Shown here: positions 18,383 through 27,342 of the stretch, in pieces
How positions within the stretch are numbered: position 1 is the stretch's first letter
Layout of the letters: every line of letters begins with the position of its first letter
Origin: Candidatus Sumerlaeaceae bacterium
Lineage (GTDB): Bacteria > Sumerlaeota > Sumerlaeia > Sumerlaeales > Sumerlaeaceae
DNA: 41,805 nucleotides
Direction: 5' to 3'
NCBI GenBank assembly: GCA_049968255.1
Contig: JBMFRB010000013.1
Location: 1 to 41,805 of the forward strand
Program-made: the position numbers and the translations under genes
Notes under the pieces: model-generated
What the model was told of the DNA's origin: nothing
Databases searched by the model: none
Seen by the model: only the letters and a program-made list of their open reading frames with translations

Positions 18383-18424
18383 AAAACCGAGTGTGCTTGG
18401 CATGATCGGCCGTGTGCGCACTCG
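18383..18424 (-). terminator. Possible intrinsic terminator of the GH57-like gene
   Basis: Inverted repeat CGAGTGTGC...GCGCACTCG just past the stop codon, followed by a short T-run on the minus strand. Confidence 0.35.
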
Positions 18425-18434
18425 CTCGCTATGC

Positions 18435-21400
18435 TTAGTAAATTTCGAATAATGTCACTCGCGCCGCGAGTTCGGCTTGGTCGGCGCCAATGGAGAAGCT
18501 GAAATTGCCGTCACCGCTGACCTCAATTTCTTCCGTGAGTGGCAGATTACGATTTTGATAGCCCGAGAACATCGGGGTTGGGTTGTACGATGCACCCGCG
18601 TCGAGAGTGACGAAGACGGCGCCGCCCGCCGAGTTCGTGACTCCGTAGTAGCCGGCTCCGCTCAGCGTGGAAAGGTGGCTGCGTCCGCTCGTAAGAAGGT
18701 CCAAATGGTTTGGGCTCGCTCCGATACGCACGTAGACAGCGCCACTCACGCTTTCGGAATAAGTCACATCAAATCGCGCTTTGTTGTCCGGCAAGCGAAC
18801 TGTTTTCGTAATTTTCCCGTCTGGCGAAATGAAGCGGATGCTCTTCGAGTCCGGCGTGTTAATTTGCACCGTGAAGACCGCGTCAGCGTACGTCCCACCG
18901 TTCATGTCTTTTAATCCCGAACATCGGTTGGCTTGCAAATCAGAGAATTCCTCTTCCCCCGGTGCACTCGGGTTCGCTGTGGGAGCGCCTATGATAGAGA
19001 TCGGTCCTGCCGTCGGGTGATAATGGAAAGCGTAGATCATCCGTCCGCCCCGAGCCTCAAACATTGCCAAAACCTTGTTGTTCTTCAAGGCGTACTCTGG
19101 TTGTCCATCCTGGTCCCAATCGCCGCTTGTCACAACAGTGGTCGGCCCTTGCGCGTTGGTGGTCACATCGCCAGCCCATCGTGCTGCATAGGCGATAAAG
19201 CCCACATCGCGCAGGTGGTTGATAAGCCGGAGATTCCAGCTCACCATTCCGTCCCACGATGTGTCGGGATTTGTGAACGGATTCTGGTAATTGTGTGAAT
19301 GATAATCACCGTTATCTTCCTCATGCCACGCTGTTTCGAAAATCATGGTAGCGTACATGTACTCACCGAGCTTCTTGAGTGCGTTATTCGGGGCCGAGGC
19401 CAGGTCGTCCCACGTGTCGCGAATAATCGTGCCAGGCGAGTTCATGTCGCCGAGGATCTTGTTGCTTGGCAGTTTTGGCCCGTCTGCCGCATTCGCCTGC
19501 GCATCGGAGGTGATCGTGAGCCCACGCGATCGGTAATCGCCCTGCAAGCCGGTTAGCACTGGCACCAGGTTATAGAAGTTCTGCTCGTTTCCTGTCGAGC
19601 TATTGAACTGATTGTAATACCAAAAATCATAGCTACCCTCGCATGCATGTTTCAGCCATTCGTAGGTCTGCATGCTCAGGTTTGTTTGCGCTCCGTGATC
19701 AATGACCCAGTTCGGGTCGTACTGTGGATTGGTGGGATTCGTTGCGCGATCGAGCACATCTTTGAGGTTCACGATCTCGATCCAGGGGTGATTCGCTGCC
19801 CAACGGATATTGCGCTGGTATTGCATCTGGTTGTTGTTAGCCTCCGGGAGCCCAGAGCCAGGATTGAAGCTTTTGCCCGCAAGCGCCTCCCAGTCGTCGA
19901 AAACCACAGTGATCTGGGCTTGGTCAGCTTGCAGTGCCTTATCGAGGAGCGTAAAGCGTGTGTCGAGCAGCATGCCCCCGTCCCAATTGCCGAACTTTGC
20001 CTGATCCTCGCGATCGTTGATGAGGAAGCAATAGACTCCATTAATCTTGTGGATCTTGTGTTCGGCTGGCTTGTCCTCAGTGCCTCCTTCACCGCTCCAT
20101 TGTGTATTCGAGCTGTCGAACCACCAGTGATAGTGCGTCACCTCATCCAGAACCGTCGCACTGTATCCCCCTGCAAGAATATCTGCAAACGTGAAACCAT
20201 TGAGCGGCGAATATCCAGTGGGGTAGCTCCTGATCACCCGTTCGGGCGTGTGCATAATTTTCATTTGGGCTGCGCCAACGCCAAACACCGCTTGGCATTT
20301 CTCCTCGAACCGGGCCATAGACATCTGGTTTACTGCGCCTTCGAAATAAGGCATAATGTGTTCCGCTTCCACCCCGCCGATGAGCGAGAGAGGCACACTC
20401 GTTTGGGTCGGATCAATCAGCCGCTTGATGCGGGCAATGAACGAAGGGCCATCCGAAGGATCCGAAGCCCCTCCAGGCTGCGCAGCCCAAAGTGCCGCGG
20501 TGATGAGCGAGCCACTCAGGTGGATGTTCAGCGGCACCTTGAAAATTTCGTGTGTATCAAGTGTCCGAACAAAGCCGGTTTTATAAGTGTTCGACGGGTC
20601 ATAGATGTGCCAAGTGATGTCGCTTACTTTGTTGACGCTTTGGTTGCCGTGCGCAATCGAAGCATATTTGGCGCGTCCGGTGGTGTCGGTCGAGGCAATC
20701 ACTCCATTGATCACCCCGTCCGAGAACCCACGGTCTTTGTCTTTGAACGCGTCTGCCACATCGCTTTTCGATGTGTCGCCGCATCCGGGACCATTGCCTC
20801 CCGTGCAGATCTCCCCAGCACCGTTGTTCGTCCCGTCCTTTGTGGTGACCACTGTGAAGTACAGCGGACTTGTGCCATCCCATCCTGCTGCGTACAGCGC
20901 CGCCTTCTTAATTCCGAACTCAACGGAATCGAGCTCCGAGTTATAGTAAGCGCCGAGAAAATTTGAGGCGGGTAAGCTCGAGAAGTCACCTTTGTAAAGG
21001 TTGAAATTCGTCGAATCGTAGAGCGCGATGCACAATTCCCACTCGTGCGCCGGGTCCACCTGAACATCCGTCCAATCCGGCAACCATGGCGTGTGTGGGG
21101 CGCTACTATTGCCTGTGTCTATAGCCACGTAAATGTCCAAGTAGCCATTTTCCGCGCCCAGTTTCAGGTCATAAAGGTCCACACGGAAGTAGTAGTTGCC
21201 ATTAGAATCGTTATCAGCGTGCGTGTAGAAAGCGACAAGGTCGCGGCTGTCATCGTAACCGTCATTAAAATTGTAACGCCCGCTAAACGGGCCGATGGGA
21301 TCCAGCGCCCGCAGGTCACTTGGTTTCCAATCTTGAAACTCCTCGTAATAAGTATTTCCTGCGGTATCCGTACCGATCACGGGCCCCTGACCAATGGTGA

Positions 21401-21470
21401 GTGCCACAGCCGTTCCCGCGTAGCACGCTTCGAAAAACAGTACGCTTGCCACTTTGAGGATGTTCTTCAT
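18435..21470 (-). CDS. Secreted GH57-like glycoside hydrolase/glucanotransferase with N- and C-terminal beta domains
   Basis: Signal peptide. GH57-like regions AHGNQ, LNIHLSGSL, EHIMPYF, HTPERV (nucleophile Glu) and FDDWE (acid/base Asp). DWDQDGQPEY..N..GGR begins an AmyA-type C-terminal domain. Confidence 0.75.
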   Translation of the reverse strand: MKNILKVASVLFFEACYAGTAVALTIGQGPVIGTDTAGNTYYEEFQDWKPSDLRALDPIGPFSGRYNFNDGYDDSRDLVAFYTHADNDSNGNYYFRVDLYDLKLGAENGYLDIYVAIDTGNSSAPHTPWLPDWTDVQVDPAHEWELCIALYDSTNFNLYKGDFSSLPASNFLGAYYNSELDSVEFGIKKAALYAAGWDGTSPLYFTVVTTKDGTNNGAGEICTGGNGPGCGDTSKSDVADAFKDKDRGFSDGVINGVIASTDTTGRAKYASIAHGNQSVNKVSDITWHIYDPSNTYKTGFVRTLDTHEIFKVPLNIHLSGSLITAALWAAQPGGASDPSDGPSFIARIKRLIDPTQTSVPLSLIGGVEAEHIMPYFEGAVNQMSMARFEEKCQAVFGVGAAQMKIMHTPERVIRSYPTGYSPLNGFTFADILAGGYSATVLDEVTHYHWWFDSSNTQWSGEGGTEDKPAEHKIHKINGVYCFLINDREDQAKFGNWDGGMLLDTRFTLLDKALQADQAQITVVFDDWEALAGKSFNPGSGLPEANNNQMQYQRNIRWAANHPWIEIVNLKDVLDRATNPTNPQYDPNWVIDHGAQTNLSMQTYEWLKHACEGSYDFWYYNQFNSSTGNEQNFYNLVPVLTGLQGDYRSRGLTITSDAQANAADGPKLPSNKILGDMNSPGTIIRDTWDDLASAPNNALKKLGEYMYATMIFETAWHEEDNGDYHSHNYQNPFTNPDTSWDGMVSWNLRLINHLRDVGFIAYAARWAGDVTTNAQGPTTVVTSGDWDQDGQPEYALKNNKVLAMFEARGGRMIYAFHYHPTAGPISIIGAPTANPSAPGEEEFSDLQANRCSGLKDMNGGTYADAVFTVQINTPDSKSIRFISPDGKITKTVRLPDNKARFDVTYSESVSGAVYVRIGASPNHLDLLTSGRSHLSTLSGAGYYGVTNSAGGAVFVTLDAGASYNPTPMFSGYQNRNLPLTEEIEVSGDGNFSFSIGADQAELAARVTLFEIY

Positions 21471-21931
21471 GGAGCGCCACTCCTGCTTCGTAAGGATTGT
21501 CCGCTAAGGCGTTTCGGCACCGGCCGGGCATTCTCGCTCTCGCGGAAAAACCGCTTTTATGATGAATTATGACTGAAGCGTGTGGCAGAGCAGCGGACTC
21601 TGTCAATTTCAATCGTTCCAAATACTTTCCGGCTACTCACACCATTGTCCGAGCGCTGTACATCCTCCCTGCTTACTTGCCCGAACGAGTTTGGAGGCAA
21701 CAAATGCATCCCTTTCTGTTATTGTGGTTGTGGTTGCGCAGTGGGCAGATCTGCGAACAAATCCGTGCACCGAGTGAAAACCTTGATGGGAACGCTCAAT
21801 AAAAACCTCCTTGAGATACTGAATTTTTGCGCGCCTTTTCCGTATTCACTGCTTGGCTTTGTCCCCGGCCTGAGGGGAGCTTTGTCTTTTTGGCCTAGAC
21901 GAATAAGCGATTTGCGTGTGGAGTAATCAAA

Positions 21932-22081
21932 ATGCGCGATATTATCACGTTGGCGTGTTCGGAGTGCGCTCGGCGCAACTATACGACCACGCGCAACAAG
22001 AAAAAGCAGCAGGCGAAGCTCGAGCTGAAAAAGTATTGTCGGCATTGCCGCAAGCACACGCCGCACAAAGAAACAAAATAA
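21932..22081 (+). CDS. rpmG: 50S ribosomal protein L33 (zinc-binding form)
   Basis: Below the ORF-track cutoff. Hand translation: [56 protein letters not shown]. Confidence 0.97.
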   Translation: MRDIITLACSECARRNYTTTRNKKKQQAKLELKKYCRHCRKHTPHKETK

Positions 22082-22115
22082 GGGCGGCGTGGCAATGATG
22101 GCAAATCCGGTGTGC

Positions 22116-22192
22116 AGACCAGTAGCTCAATTGGTTAGAGCAGCGGTCTCCAAAACCGCAGGTTGGGGGTTCGAGTCCCTCCTGGTCTGCCA
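22116..22192 (+). tRNA. tRNA-Trp (CCA)
   Basis: Acceptor AGACCAG/CTGGTCT + GCCA. Anticodon arm GCGGT-CTCCAAA-ACCGC. Canonical position between rpmG and secE. Confidence 0.97.
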
Positions 22193-22261
22193 TTTTTGCT
22201 TGCTCGCGCCGCGCCGTCTCAGTGCGGCGGGGGAGAGCATTTCCGCGGGAAGAGGACTTTG

Positions 22262-22471
22262 ATGGAAGAAACGAAACAAAAAGGTAAGCTGCGCCGCTTC
22301 ATTGACGAAGTCATCGTCGAGCTGAAGAAAGTCACATGGCCCAGCAAGCGCGAGCTCTATGGCGCCACCATGGTCGTCATTACTGTGATCATTCTGCTCA
22401 CGATTGGTGTGGGCGTGGTGGACTTCCTGATCAGCCGCGTCATGAGTCTGCTGATTCGCATCGGCACATAA
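22262..22471 (+). CDS. secE: Preprotein translocase subunit SecE
   Basis: FIDEVIVELKKVTWPSKRE followed by one TM. ATG 22262 after AGAGGA. Confidence 0.96.
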   Translation: MEETKQKGKLRRFIDEVIVELKKVTWPSKRELYGATMVVITVIILLTIGVGVVDFLISRVMSLLIRIGT

Positions 22472-22497
22472 AGGAAACCAAGAGGGCACAAGCGGTG

Positions 22498-23064
22498 ATG
22501 GCCGAGCAGAATTCCCAGAGCAATGACTCCCGCTACAAGTGGTTTGTCATTCAAACCTTCACTGGATGGGAGAAACGAGTAAAGACTGCCATCGAGCATA
22601 AAGCGGAGCTCGAGGGACTTGCCGACAAGGTGGATCGAGTGCTTGTTCCGCTCAAAAAGATGATTGAAGCGAAAGCCGGCAAGCAGAGCGAAGTCGCTCG
22701 AAATGTGATGCCGGGTTACGTCTTCATCCACATGGAGCCAGATAACAACCTTTTCGATATTATTCAGAAAATCCAGGGCGTCAGCATGTTTCTGGGGCCT
22801 GAGGGCACGCCAACACCACTGACCGAAGAAGAGATGACGCGCGTGTTCGATGCAATCCGCGAGCGCCCCGACCGTCAGCAGGTGGTTGTAAAGTTCCGTC
22901 CCGGAGACCAAGTGCGAGTCGTCACAGGGCCCTTTGAGGGCTTCATTGGTACTGTGACCCAAGTGGACGAAGAAAAAGGAAAACTGAAAGTTTCGATGAG
23001 CATCCTTGGCCGCGGAACGGACGTCGAACTCGACGTCCTTCAGGTCGAAGATGCAGTGCAGTGA
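22498..23064 (+). CDS. nusG: Transcription elongation factor NusG
   Basis: WFVIQTFTGWEKRVK, MPGYVFI, KOW motif GDQVRVVTGPFEGF.G.V. Start set at ATG 22498. Confidence 0.96.
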   Translation: MAEQNSQSNDSRYKWFVIQTFTGWEKRVKTAIEHKAELEGLADKVDRVLVPLKKMIEAKAGKQSEVARNVMPGYVFIHMEPDNNLFDIIQKIQGVSMFLGPEGTPTPLTEEEMTRVFDAIRERPDRQQVVVKFRPGDQVRVVTGPFEGFIGTVTQVDEEKGKLKVSMSILGRGTDVELDVLQVEDAVQ

Positions 23065-23108
23065 AAACCTACTAGCGTTGAAGGATATCAGACGAGAGAG
23101 TTAGTGCC

Positions 23109-23537
23109 ATGGCAAAAAAGGTTGTTGCTCAAGTCAAGTTACAAGTGCCAGGAGGGCAGGCCAACCCCGCGCCCCCAGTCGGTCCCGCACTGGGTCAGCA
23201 CGGCGTCAACATCATGGAGTTCTGCAAACAGTTCAATGCCAGGACCAAGGACACACCTGGGCTTATTATCCCGTGTGTCATCACTATTTATGCAGATCGC
23301 TCGTTCACGTTTATCACAAAAACCCCGCCCGCGGCTGTGCTGCTGAAGAAAGCGGCAAACGTCGAAAAGGGGAGTGCCCAGCCCAACAAGGTCAAAGTCG
23401 GGAAAGTCACTCTGAAACAGGTTGAGGAGATTGCTAAACTCAAAATGCCGGACCTCAACGCGGGAAGTCTGGAAGCAGCCGTCTCAATGATCAAGGGCAC
23501 AGCCCGTTCTATGGGGTTGGAAGTCGTCGAAGGCTAG
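23109..23537 (+). CDS. rplK: 50S ribosomal protein L11
   Basis: [36 protein letters not shown]. Confidence 0.99.
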   Translation: MAKKVVAQVKLQVPGGQANPAPPVGPALGQHGVNIMEFCKQFNARTKDTPGLIIPCVITIYADRSFTFITKTPPAAVLLKKAANVEKGSAQPNKVKVGKVTLKQVEEIAKLKMPDLNAGSLEAAVSMIKGTARSMGLEVVEG

Positions 23538-23573
23538 AACGTCCTCAGGGCTGGACAACAAGCAATTTTACAC

Positions 23574-23616
23574 GAAGCTGTTGCGCTGCTGAACTAGCGC
23601 AGTGGCTTCTTTTTTT
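23574..23616 (+). terminator. Intrinsic terminator after rplK
   Basis: Hairpin GAAGCTGTTGCGCT-loop-AGCGCAGTGGCTTC (with G-U pairs) followed by 7 T. Confidence 0.8.
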
Positions 23617-23819
23617 ACTCAACCGGTGATTTGAAACCGCAAAGCCTCACTCACATTTGCTCCGCGTGCTCACGTTTTCTTTTGACTTTCCTCGCGCTTT
23701 GCTTCAACTTTGCCTGGGCAAAGAAAGTAAAGAAGTGCGGGAGGTGAGTCCCCATGGTGTGTGTGCACAAGTGCTGTGCGGGAACACGGGGCGTAGCCCC
23801 ACAGTGGCGTCGGAGGGCA

Positions 23820-26800
23820 ATGCGCCATATTCTCCAGGTGTGCTGTGCCTTGTACGGGCTCGTTGGGCAAGCTTCCGGAGTGAACTTGCCAAATGAAGGA
23901 TGGTTTGCCGTCGGGGGAACACCAGGCCTCAACGGCGAAGTTTTTGCGATGGCAGGCACCGCCGTGCCGAAGCTGGACCTGTCTGGCTCCCAAGATCGGA
24001 TCTATATCGCCGGCTCTTTTACGCAAGCTGGCGATCGTCCCGCCTCTAAAATCGGCTATTGGCAAAACCATGCTTTTTATTCGCTGGCAACCAGCGTTAA
24101 CGGCCAGGTCTATGCGGTTGCCGTGCTGCCTGACGGCAGTGTGGTCATCGGAGGAAGTTTCTCAAGCGTCAATGGCATTCCTGCCCATTACGTCGCGCGT
24201 TGGAATGGGACGCAGTGGGCTCCTCTGGGGAGCGGGACCAATGGGCCGGTTTATGCCATCACCTCCGACACCAGCGGAACAGTTTATTTGGGCGGAAGCT
24301 TTGGGACCTTCAATGGTCAAACTGCAAACAACGTGGCTAAGTGGAGCCTAAGTGGAGTCTCGGGTAGCTTGGGGGGAGGAACGAATTCCCGCGTCTACGC
24401 TCTGTGCTGGGCAAACAACAAATTGTATGTTGGAGGCCTATTTACATCTGCGGGAGGTCAGGGGTATGCGCGAGTTGCCCTGTGGGATCCGACCCAAAAT
24501 CGCTGGTTTGGGTTGGGATCGGGAATTGTTGGACTTCGCGTCTCTGCCATAGCTGCGGATCAGACAGGCAATATTTACGTTGGCGGTGAATTTACCCAGG
24601 CGGGTGGACAATCTGCATTGAACGTTGCCAAATGGGACGGAAGTAGCTGGTCGCCTTTAGGCCAGGGGCTCGATGGCCCTGTTGCAACATTGCTTTGCGA
24701 TTCGCAAGGCGTGGTTTATGCCGGAGGATCCTTTCTCAGTTCTGGTGGTCAGCCAATGCCACAGCTTGCCAGGTGGACCAATGGCACGTGGAGCTCGTGC
24801 GGCATCGCGTTCGACCAAAGTGCTATCGGCCCAAAAGTCAACGCCCTCGCAATAGGCCCGGTGACGGGCGACATTTATGCAGCAGGCCGCTTTCAGTTTG
24901 CGGATAATCGCTTCTACCGCAACATAGCCCGACTCACGTCGCGCGGATGGCGTCAGCTACGCCCCGGGTTCGATGCCGACGTCTATGCTCTTGCACTGGA
25001 TGGACTCGGCGATCTCTACGTCGGCGGCAGCTTTTCTCTCGCCGCCGACGGAGTGACTACGGCCCTTCGCGCGGCAAAATGGGATGGCCAACGTTGGCGG
25101 CAACTTGGTGATGGTCCGGATGGCTCATGGGAAATCAGGTGCTTCGCGTGGGGCCCCGATGACCTTCTTTATGCCGGGAACTCCGGTCCTGCTCCACAGC
25201 CCGTTGTGGCCGTGCGCCGGCTTATCAATCATGCCTCCGCGTGGGAAAATTATGGCGAGTTTACAACCACAGGGAGCGCATTTGCGCTCTCGCTCAGCCC
25301 TTCCCGAACCCTCTACGCGGGAGGGAGGGACATCTTTTTGAGTTGGTGGGGAAATGTGGGGGTAGCGGCCTGTCTCAATGGCTCTTGGGCTCGACTTTGG
25401 TCGGCTTACGGTGACGGTGTCTTTGCGCTCTTGCATGAGCCCTTGGGGGATATCGCAGTTTGCGACCTTTACGTGGGTGGGGACTTCATTTACGACCAGT
25501 CCGAATATAACATTGTGAAACTCAGAGTGAATGAGGGGTCCGGTGTGGCGGTCAGAAGTTGTGGCGGCGGCTTAGATGGGCCCGTTCACGCTCTCGCGAA
25601 AATCGGCAATGTTTTATATGTCGGGGGGAGTTTTTCCTCGACAGTATCAGGCTCACCACTTCTACGGAACATTGGCGCGTACACCGATACGTGGCACGAA
25701 GTAGCAGGTGGAGTCAATGCTCCTGTGCTCACGCTTGCGGGCGGGCGCAACGGGGAGCTTTTTGCAGGAGGACTCTTCAATAACGTTGGCTCGCAATCCC
25801 TCCTTGCCCCATATCTCGCTGTTTTCGATGGCACTACCTGGGGCACGGTTGGCCAGGGATGCAACGGCGGTGTGCACCGCATCTGCCGTGATGGCGCAGG
25901 TCACATTTGGGTGGGGGGCGCGTTTACCGAAGCAGGAGATCTTGCGTCGCCTCGGCTCGCGTACTACGCGACAAATGCGTTCGGGCTTTCTGCCGCCGAT
26001 CCGCTCACCACAGACGGTGAACAATGGGCGGTGGGGCTTGGCTTCACGGAGCCTGGCCTTACGGAGAACTATTGGTCCCAGGATCAGGGAGCTTTGTTTG
26101 CTCGCGTGTATGCCAATTCGTCGCGCTTTCGGGTTACAGGCCGGCTGTCACGTCCCGCTCTTTGGCTGCCGTATGCGGCCATTGGCTCCGATCGCTACGT
26201 CCGGGCCAAGTTCTATGTCTACGCGACAGGGAGCGACGATTGGCAGAGCACGGGCGCCATGCCGAACATGCGTCTGCGCGTGGCGCATCGCTTTGCACAG
26301 ACGGCGATGTTGGAAGTCTTCAATCATACGAACGTGGATCCCGAGGCATCTTCGCGTTTTGGTAGAGAGATCCGGCCGTCCACAAATCCTGCCGCCCCTT
26401 CGCTTTACTTTGTGGACATGGACCCCGTCGACGTACCATTTCTTGCCGAAAACGCACAAACGGAAGGTGTGGCGTGCGGCTTCGAAGCTTACGCCATAGA
26501 TCCGCAGGATGAGGGGGAGGTGGCACTAGCAGAGGCGCAGCTGGGCACTTACCAGGCACTTGAAGACATCGGTTCGCCAGCCCAAATCTACGCGCCCTCG
26601 GCAAACGATGCAGGAACTTTAGCCGTGCGCGATCCAAACACCGACCTGAGCATGCTGGCGCTCAAGCCGGGCACGGGCGTCGGGGAGTTCCCTATTCGCG
26701 ACACGAACACATCGCAGCCGCTCTATTCGGAGGGGAGTTGGGGGATCTGCCTCGATACACGTCCGGTCCTCGCGTCGCGCTACGGCGTGATTCAACGCGA

Positions 26801-27323
26801 GTTTTGGCCAGGCGACTACACCGATCGCATCCGTGTCGCACCGGGCAAAATTTACAAAATTCGTTACCATGTGACTTCCCCTCAATTATCCAATAGACAG
26901 TCGCAGATGCGTCTGCGGGCGCGAACCGTGCGTTATCTCTGGTGCCAAAAATTCGAAATTGGTGGTGCGTTGGGAGCTGGACCTGAAAATAATCTCTGCG
27001 CCGCTCAGTCCTTGCCCGGCATTGGTTGCATGAATCCGGACAAAATAGGCTCTGAGAATGGTGGTTGGTACACCCTCCTCATGCATTCGCCGCTGGACGA
27101 ACGCATCCGCGCCGACTATCCCGCCGCCACGCCACTCTCGATCTCAATGCCAAATCTCTCTGCTGAACCAGCGATGGGCGAGAACGCGTATTCGTTCCGC
27201 GATTTGCGTGTCTGCTTCGATGACCTTGACACGCTTTCCGGCAGTGCCATGAGTGGCCTCGAAGAGGGATGTTTTGTGCTCGACCGCATCGAGGTGCGCG
27301 GTTATTTTGATGTTTGGGACTAG
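23820..27323 (+). CDS. Large secreted protein: about 14 beta-propeller repeats plus an unassigned ~450-aa C-terminal region
   Basis: GGAGG RBS before ATG 23820 and a signal peptide. Repeated unit G.NG.V.A.....G.LYVGG.F..AGG.....IA.WDG..W..LG.G. Confidence 0.85.
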   Translation: MRHILQVCCALYGLVGQASGVNLPNEGWFAVGGTPGLNGEVFAMAGTAVPKLDLSGSQDRIYIAGSFTQAGDRPASKIGYWQNHAFYSLATSVNGQVYAVAVLPDGSVVIGGSFSSVNGIPAHYVARWNGTQWAPLGSGTNGPVYAITSDTSGTVYLGGSFGTFNGQTANNVAKWSLSGVSGSLGGGTNSRVYALCWANNKLYVGGLFTSAGGQGYARVALWDPTQNRWFGLGSGIVGLRVSAIAADQTGNIYVGGEFTQAGGQSALNVAKWDGSSWSPLGQGLDGPVATLLCDSQGVVYAGGSFLSSGGQPMPQLARWTNGTWSSCGIAFDQSAIGPKVNALAIGPVTGDIYAAGRFQFADNRFYRNIARLTSRGWRQLRPGFDADVYALALDGLGDLYVGGSFSLAADGVTTALRAAKWDGQRWRQLGDGPDGSWEIRCFAWGPDDLLYAGNSGPAPQPVVAVRRLINHASAWENYGEFTTTGSAFALSLSPSRTLYAGGRDIFLSWWGNVGVAACLNGSWARLWSAYGDGVFALLHEPLGDIAVCDLYVGGDFIYDQSEYNIVKLRVNEGSGVAVRSCGGGLDGPVHALAKIGNVLYVGGSFSSTVSGSPLLRNIGAYTDTWHEVAGGVNAPVLTLAGGRNGELFAGGLFNNVGSQSLLAPYLAVFDGTTWGTVGQGCNGGVHRICRDGAGHIWVGGAFTEAGDLASPRLAYYATNAFGLSAADPLTTDGEQWAVGLGFTEPGLTENYWSQDQGALFARVYANSSRFRVTGRLSRPALWLPYAAIGSDRYVRAKFYVYATGSDDWQSTGAMPNMRLRVAHRFAQTAMLEVFNHTNVDPEASSRFGREIRPSTNPAAPSLYFVDMDPVDVPFLAENAQTEGVACGFEAYAIDPQDEGEVALAEAQLGTYQALEDIGSPAQIYAPSANDAGTLAVRDPNTDLSMLALKPGTGVGEFPIRDTNTSQPLYSEGSWGICLDTRPVLASRYGVIQREFWPGDYTDRIRVAPGKIYKIRYHVTSPQLSNRQSQMRLRARTVRYLWCQKFEIGGALGAGPENNLCAAQSLPGIGCMNPDKIGSENGGWYTLLMHSPLDERIRADYPAATPLSISMPNLSAEPAMGENAYSFRDLRVCFDDLDTLSGSAMSGLEEGCFVLDRIEVRGYFDVWD
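23925..25967 (+). repeat. About 14 degenerate ~48-aa propeller-blade repeats (protein level)
   Basis: Counted by eye from IYIAGSF through IWVGGAF. Compatible with two 7-bladed propellers. Confidence 0.75.
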
Positions 27324-27342
27324 CCTCGCATGGGAGCTACAT

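Noticed and set aside
19647-20966. 439-aa plus-strand ORF
   Set aside because: Antisense shadow of the GH57-like gene with no recognisable motifs. The other antisense and alternate-frame ORFs in the track are rejected for the same reason.
18087-21931. Genomic island integrated at tRNA-Pro
   Set aside because: No integrase, and I saw no duplicated tRNA 3' end. The same holds for tRNA-Trp and tRNA-Ser.
23620-23760. c-di-GMP-I riboswitch (CGCAAAGCC) or L1-binding site (GCGGGAGG) after rplK
   Set aside because: Only short fragments match; the required paired elements and partner motifs are not there.
23925-25967. CRISPR or DNA tandem repeat
   Set aside because: The repetition is degenerate and visible only at protein level, with no identical nucleotide repeats or spacers.
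27282-27323. Third copy of the C-terminal motif (RIEVRGYFDVWD)
   Set aside because: Aromatic-rich, but it lacks the A-x-R-V register and terminal Tyr spacing and appears to be the last strand of the domain.
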